In this document: one piece after another, positions 7,586 to 12,027 of the stretch
Numbering within the stretch: the stretch's first letter is position 1
Layout of the letters: each line of letters opens with the position of its first letter
Assembly (NCBI GenBank): GCA_041736305.1
Contig: JBGSTX010000123.1
Span: 1 to 12,027 of the forward strand
From: Oligoflexus sp.
Lineage (GTDB): Bacteria; Bdellovibrionota_B; Oligoflexia; Oligoflexales; Oligoflexaceae
Length of the DNA stretch: 12,027 nt
Direction of reading: 5' to 3'
Made by a program: the position numbers and the translations under genes
Notes under the pieces: model-generated
What the model was told of the DNA's origin: nothing
Databases searched by the model: none
What the model saw: the letters and a program-made list of their open reading frames with translations, nothing else

Positions 7586-9112
7586 TCAGTAGGACTTGGC
7601 AATAATCGAACGCTTCTTGCTAGGCTTGCCTGTGAAAATACAGGTGCCAGCTTCTTCAGGTCCATCGAGCGGAATGCAACGATGCGTGAGCTTCAGCTCC
7701 TTGAGCTGATCCGGAATACTTGGATCGTCGGCCCAGTGTACCAGAGCAAAGCCGCCATGGATTTCTGGCTTCTCCTCATTCTTGCTCTTCGGCGTGAAAT
7801 AAGCCTTCAAATCGGCGAGTGAGTTGATCTTGACCGTATTCTCGTCTCGATAGCGCAACGCCTTCTGATAGAGATCAGTCTGAATCCCATCTAGAATCGC
7901 AGCCACTGTCTCGACAAATTGAGCCCGAGGAATGCTCTTCTTCTCTTTCGGCGTCTGATTCCGCTGACCGACAAAGACAGCTCCCTGATCAATATCCCGA
8001 GGGCCGATTTCAACGCGCAGAGGCACGCCCTTCTTGATGTGCTGCCACATTTTTTCGCCGCCGCGGAGATCGCGATCATCGATCGCAACTCTCACCTTTT
8101 CCTCGCCATAGATCTGAGCTGAGAGCTCTTGCTGCAGACTCTTACAGGCAGCGAGCACCTTGCTGCGCTCCTCGTCGTTGCGATAGATAGGGAGAATAAC
8201 GACATGCTTAGGAGCCAAACGGGGAGGAATGACCATTCCATCGTCGTCGGCATGCGTCATGATCATGCCTCCTATGAGGCGCGTAGACACACCCCAAGAG
8301 GTGGTCCAGGCATGAACTTCTTCACTCTTTTCATTCTGAAAGCGGATATCCATGGCCTTCGCAAAGTTCTGGCCCAGGAAGTGCGAGGTCCCAGCTTGCA
8401 GCGCTTTGCGATCCTGCATCATGGCTTCGATCGTATAGGTGTCGATCGCTCCTGGGAAACGCTCGTGCGGTGCTTTCTCGCCTTTGATGACAGGCATCGC
8501 CATGTAGTTCTGGGCGAAGTCCGCATAGACATCGAGCATCTTGAGCGTCTCTTCTATGGCCTCGTCCGCGGTCGCGTGTACAGTGTGACCCTCTTGCCAG
8601 AGGAATTCAGTTGTCCGGAGAAAAAGCCTCGTGCGCATCTCCCAACGGACGACGTTCGCCCATTGGTTGATGAGGATAGGCAGATCTCGGTAGGACTGAA
8701 CCCACTTCGAATAGGTCGCACCGATTATCATTTCACTGGTCGGTCTGACTACGAGAGGTTCATCCAAAGGCCCCGCAGGAACCAGGCCCCCATCGGGTCC
8801 AGCTTCGAGTCGGTGGTGAGTGACGACGGCGCATTCTTTAGCAAAACCGTCGACGTGCTCAGCTTCCTTCTCGAGATAACTCAGAGGAATGAAGAGGGGG
8901 AAATAGGCGTTCTCGTGGCCCGTTTCCTTGAACTTCTTGTCGAGTTCTTTCTGAATATTTTCCCAGATCCCGTAGCCCCAGGGCTTGATCACCATGCAGC
9001 CGCGAACAGCCGAGTTCTCGGCAAGTTCAGCAGCCTTGACGACCTGCTGATACCACTCTGGGTAATCCTCGGCCCGGGTGGGTTGGATGGCGTTTTGCGG
9101 AGCTTTGCTCAT
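7586..9112 (-). CDS. proS: Proline--tRNA ligase, archaeal/eukaryote-like type (no INS editing domain), 508 aa
   Basis: VRGCMVIKPWGYGIWE, VRPTSE, QWANVVRWEMRTRLFLRTTEFLWQEGHT, QAGTSHFLGQNFAKA, SWGVSTR, KGVPLRVEIGPRD and C-terminal AKSY. GAGGA RBS. Confidence 0.97.
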   Translation of the reverse strand: MSKAPQNAIQPTRAEDYPEWYQQVVKAAELAENSAVRGCMVIKPWGYGIWENIQKELDKKFKETGHENAYFPLFIPLSYLEKEAEHVDGFAKECAVVTHHRLEAGPDGGLVPAGPLDEPLVVRPTSEMIIGATYSKWVQSYRDLPILINQWANVVRWEMRTRLFLRTTEFLWQEGHTVHATADEAIEETLKMLDVYADFAQNYMAMPVIKGEKAPHERFPGAIDTYTIEAMMQDRKALQAGTSHFLGQNFAKAMDIRFQNEKSEEVHAWTTSWGVSTRLIGGMIMTHADDDGMVIPPRLAPKHVVILPIYRNDEERSKVLAACKSLQQELSAQIYGEEKVRVAIDDRDLRGGEKMWQHIKKGVPLRVEIGPRDIDQGAVFVGQRNQTPKEKKSIPRAQFVETVAAILDGIQTDLYQKALRYRDENTVKINSLADLKAYFTPKSKNEEKPEIHGGFALVHWADDPSIPDQLKELKLTHRCIPLDGPEEAGTCIFTGKPSKKRSIIAKSY

Positions 9113-9132
9113 CGGATGTTTCCTCAGCAGTA

Positions 9133-10809
9133 TTAACGTTCGAGTCTTGCATTGCGGACGCGTTTGGGCACATCCGCGTCAGTGCCAAGGCGTCGACGCT
9201 TGTCTTCTTCGTACTCGCTATAGTTGCCTTCGTACCAGGAGGCTTCCCCATCACCTTCAAAAGCCAGGATGTGGGTGGCCACGCGATCGAGGAACCAGCG
9301 ATCGTGACTGATGACGACGGCACAACCAGCGAAATTCAGCAGCGCTTCTTCGAGAGCGCGCATCGTGGCAATGTCCAGATCGTTCGTCGGCTCATCCATC
9401 AGGAGTACGTTCGCACCTGACTTGCAGAGCAATGCCAGCTGCACGCGATTGCGTTCACCGCCTGAGAGAGCACCGACCTTCTTCTGCTGATCCTGACCAC
9501 TGAAGTTGAACTTGCCAACGTAGGCCCGCGCATTAACTTCCTGCTTACCCAGCAGAATCGAATCGTAACCATTCGAGATGGTCTCATAGATCGTCTTCTC
9601 TGGATCAAGAGCGAGGCGCGATTGCTCCATGTAGCCCACAGTCGCCGTAGGGCCGACGCGGAAAGTACCGCCATCGGGCTTGTCCATATCGGAAATCATA
9701 CGGAAGAGCGTGGTCTTACCAGCGCCGTTCGGTCCAATGATCCCAACTATACCACCTGCTGGAAGGCGGAACGTGAGGTCTCTATAAAGGGTCTTGCCGC
9801 CGAAGGCTTTGGCCACATGATCGGCTTCGATAACCACATCACCCAGACGAGGTCCGGGCGGTATGTAGAGTTGCAGCTCTTTTTCAAAGCTACCCTGCTC
9901 CTGATTGAGCAGTTTTTCATAGGCGGAAATACGAGCCTTGCTCTTAGCTTGACGCGCTCGTGGGGCGAGACGAACCCACTCGAGTTCGTGCTGGAGGGTC
10001 TTGCGGCGCTTGTCGTCAGCTTTGGCTTCGGACTCGAGGCGCTTGTCCTTCTGCTCGAGCCAGGAGGTATAGTTGCCTTTCCAAGGTATGCCCTGGCCTC
10101 TGTCCAACTCGAGGATCCAGCCGGCGACATTATCGAGGAAGTAGCGATCATGCGTTACGGCGATGATCGTGCCTTTGTATTCCTGTAAATGGCGTTCTAG
10201 CCACTGCACCGACTCAGCATCCAAATGGTTAGTCGGCTCATCGAGGAGGAGAATGTCTGGCTTTTGTAAGAGCAGACGGCAAAGTGCTACGCGGCGACGC
10301 TCACCTCCGGAGAGATTATCGACCAGCGCATCAGGCGGCGGACAATTGAGAGCGGCCATCGCAAAGTTAAGACGATCATCGAGAGTCCAAGCGTCCATGC
10401 GATCAAGCAAGTCCTGGACCTCAGCTTGGCGATTGATGACCTTATCCATTTCTTCTGGACTCAGATCTTCACCAAACTTCAGATTAATCTCTTCGAATTC
10501 CTTCACGAGATCGACGACACTCTGGACGCCTTCCTCGACGATCTGACGAACGGTCTTGCCGGCCTGCAGATTCGGTTCTTGCGAGAGATAGCCGACGGTG
10601 TAGCCATCAGAAAGATGGGCTTCGCCCGCGTATTCTTCATCGACACCGGCGAGGATTTTGAGAAGAGAGCTTTTTCCGGAGCCGTTGGTGCCCAATACAC
10701 CGATCTTGGCGCCGTAAAAATACGAAAGGTAGATGTTCTTAAGCACGGTCTTCTGGCCGTACGTTTTGGTCACACCTACCATAGAATAAATTACGGTTTT
10801 ATCAGACAT
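9133..10809 (-). CDS. ettA: Energy-dependent translational throttle protein EttA (ABC-F ATPase), 558 aa
   Basis: IYSM...LKNIYLSYFYGAKIGVLGTNGSGKS, LSGGERRRVALCRLLL, LLDEPTNHLD, WILELDRGQGIPWKGNY, ELEWVR...RQAKSKAR linker, IPPGPRLGD, second ABC cassette. Start moved to ATG 10809 (MSDKTVIYSM). Confidence 0.96.
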   Translation of the reverse strand: MSDKTVIYSMVGVTKTYGQKTVLKNIYLSYFYGAKIGVLGTNGSGKSSLLKILAGVDEEYAGEAHLSDGYTVGYLSQEPNLQAGKTVRQIVEEGVQSVVDLVKEFEEINLKFGEDLSPEEMDKVINRQAEVQDLLDRMDAWTLDDRLNFAMAALNCPPPDALVDNLSGGERRRVALCRLLLQKPDILLLDEPTNHLDAESVQWLERHLQEYKGTIIAVTHDRYFLDNVAGWILELDRGQGIPWKGNYTSWLEQKDKRLESEAKADDKRRKTLQHELEWVRLAPRARQAKSKARISAYEKLLNQEQGSFEKELQLYIPPGPRLGDVVIEADHVAKAFGGKTLYRDLTFRLPAGGIVGIIGPNGAGKTTLFRMISDMDKPDGGTFRVGPTATVGYMEQSRLALDPEKTIYETISNGYDSILLGKQEVNARAYVGKFNFSGQDQQKKVGALSGGERNRVQLALLCKSGANVLLMDEPTNDLDIATMRALEEALLNFAGCAVVISHDRWFLDRVATHILAFEGDGEASWYEGNYSEYEEDKRRRLGTDADVPKRVRNARLER

Positions 10810-10908
10810 GGAGTTCCACCCGTAAAAATTAAAGCGAGACGAAGCCGACAATGTATAAGAAACGGGTGGTGGGCGCCAGATCTATCCGGTCGGGAGAGAA
10901 GAAGTCTC

Positions 10909-11445
10909 TTAGGAAGCGCGGCGCTTGTTCAGTTCGAGCGCGACAGTCGAAAGGGTCGACTCTTGCCAGGTCTGAAAGTCCTGCTGTGAGGCGCTTTGAC
11001 TATGAAGTTGACGAAGGAGGAGATCATTAACCCGCTGACTCTCAATGAGGTTCAGAGAGTTCTGCACAGTGCGAATCAATTGATCGTAATCAAAAGGCTT
11101 GTTTATCACCGCGAAAAGATTTGCACTATCGCGCGGAATCGAGATTTTGCTGCGGTCTAAACCAGTGATAAAAATCACCGGAATACTGCTGCCAGCATCG
11201 TGGAGCTGAATAAGCAATTCATCCCCCCGGAGTTCGGGCATCTTGATGTCGGAAATAATGAGGTCTGGTCCAAAAGCTTTGATCGCATCCGCTGCATCTG
11301 CTGCGTCATAAATGACTTTTACTCGCGCACCTGCATTTTGCAGAATTACCCGGCAGACTTCTGCTAGCTGAACTTCATCTTCAATCACTAATACGCGTGG
11401 AGCAGTAATCTTAGAACGAAGCTTGAGTGTAATCATCGTTGTCAT
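10909..11445 (-). CDS. Orphan response regulator: receiver domain plus about 45-aa helical C-terminal tail
   Basis: VLVIEDE acidic pocket, IISDIKMP phosphoacceptor Asp, IFITG and INKPF. No recognisable DNA-binding output domain. The start could be 11445 or 11436. Confidence 0.88.
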   Translation of the reverse strand: MTTMITLKLRSKITAPRVLVIEDEVQLAEVCRVILQNAGARVKVIYDAADAADAIKAFGPDLIISDIKMPELRGDELLIQLHDAGSSIPVIFITGLDRSKISIPRDSANLFAVINKPFDYDQLIRTVQNSLNLIESQRVNDLLLRQLHSQSASQQDFQTWQESTLSTVALELNKRRAS

Positions 11446-11502
11446 CCGAATCGGCTAAAAGGCCCTATTGGTATTTCGTCACAAACGCAGACTTCACGCC
11501 AG

Positions 11503-11531
11503 TAACTAAGTAGATTTCGGCACGGTGTCAA
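11503..11531 (-). promoter_or_regulatory. Putative sigma70 promoter for the response regulator
   Basis: Minus strand has a perfect TTGACA (11531-11526), 17 nt, then a weak -10 TAGTTA (11508-11503), about 60 nt upstream of the ATG. Confidence 0.45.
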
Positions 11532-11780
11532 AAAAACTTGAGTTCTATCTCTACATATTTTGCGAAGACTCAAAAACTTCGGTTAGCTCGAACATTACCG
11601 CTTCATTACTCACTCTATCCCCCCACTAATACTTAACTTTAATATCTATCTTTTAAGCCGCATATAACTAGAGCCCAACTCGTACATCAAGTAAAAATGA
11701 CTTGGTTGTCACATGATCTATATAGAACCAATTCATTCACGAGATGATGTTCTCGTACACAAAGAGCAGTCATTGAGAAC

Positions 11781-11836
11781 CGAAAAAATAAATGGAAGAA
11801 AATGTTTGACCAAAATTTTTGGTGGGTATATACCCA
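11781..11836 (+). promoter_or_regulatory. Putative rRNA operon promoter with an A-rich UP element
   Basis: A-tracts at 11783-11802, TTGACC (11806-11811), 17 nt, TATACC (11829-11834), about 50 nt upstream of a boxA-like element. Confidence 0.6.
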
Positions 11837-11839
11837 TCT

Positions 11840-12027
11840 TCCGGTCGGGAATTGCAGAGAAAAGAAACGAAGCGAGACACCGACAAGTTCTTTGAAAACT
11901 GAATAGAAGACGAAAGTAAGATAAGTGCGAACGTCAATTCTTAGTCTTTCGGATCTGCTTCGGCAGAAAAAAGAAGACTGAGTCTTATATGAAAAAATCG
12001 AGCTTCGGCTCGTCTAGGATTTAAACA
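11840..12027 (+). other. rRNA operon 5' leader (boxA antiterminator, pre-16S hairpins); the window probably ends at the 16S 5' end
   Basis: GTTCTTTGAAAACTGAA at 11887-11903 (boxA-like), preceded by a GTCGG...CCGAC stem. ACGTCAATTC leader-like motif, two C(UUCG)G hairpins (11954-11967, 11999-12012), and a terminal TTTAAACA compatible with ...AAACATGAGAGTTTGATC. The diagnostic 16S sequence itself is not in the window. Confidence 0.75.

Noticed and set aside
8129..9136. 335-aa plus-strand ORF antisense to proS
   Set aside because: Shadow ORF of a conserved gene with no recognisable motifs. Long antisense frames are a common result of codon bias.
9622..10989. Plus-strand ORFs (188, 68, 127 and 187 aa) antisense to ettA
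   Set aside because: They overlap ettA largely or wholly on the opposite strand and lack protein-family motifs.
11713..11895. 60-aa plus-strand ORF
   Set aside because: It spans the putative rrn promoter and boxA, so it is best explained as non-coding.
1..12027. CRISPR array, tRNA, riboswitch or tandem repeat array
   Set aside because: By eye I found no regularly spaced repeats, cloverleaf or recognisable riboswitch consensus. An Infernal/Rfam scan of the intergenic regions would be decisive.

Overview
Bacterial chromosomal window, probably Bdellovibrionota/Oligoflexia-like (inferred from the TIGR02147/DUF4423-type gene). The left edge holds two features the ORF track missed: the left end of an IS3-family element (minus strand, 1-134) inserted into a HipA-family kinase toxin gene, whose C-terminal remnant (137-487) begins at the catalytic DGHxKN motif. 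Next come fadE-type acyl-CoA dehydrogenase (-), an atypical ClpX-like ATPase lacking the zinc-binding domain and RKH loop with no adjacent clpP (-), and a 90-aa LysR-HTH-only protein (-). Divergent from these are a TIGR02147-family HTH protein overlapping a secreted SGNH hydrolase (+). Then come archaeal/eukaryote-type proS, ettA and an orphan receiver protein (all -). The right edge is a probable rRNA operon promoter and leader (boxA, cUUCGg hairpins), apparently ending at the 16S start. No clearly novel multi-gene system is demonstrable. The best leads are the IS-split hipA, the variant ClpX with a CIRCE-like promoter repeat, and the HTH-only/TIGR02147/SGNH module.
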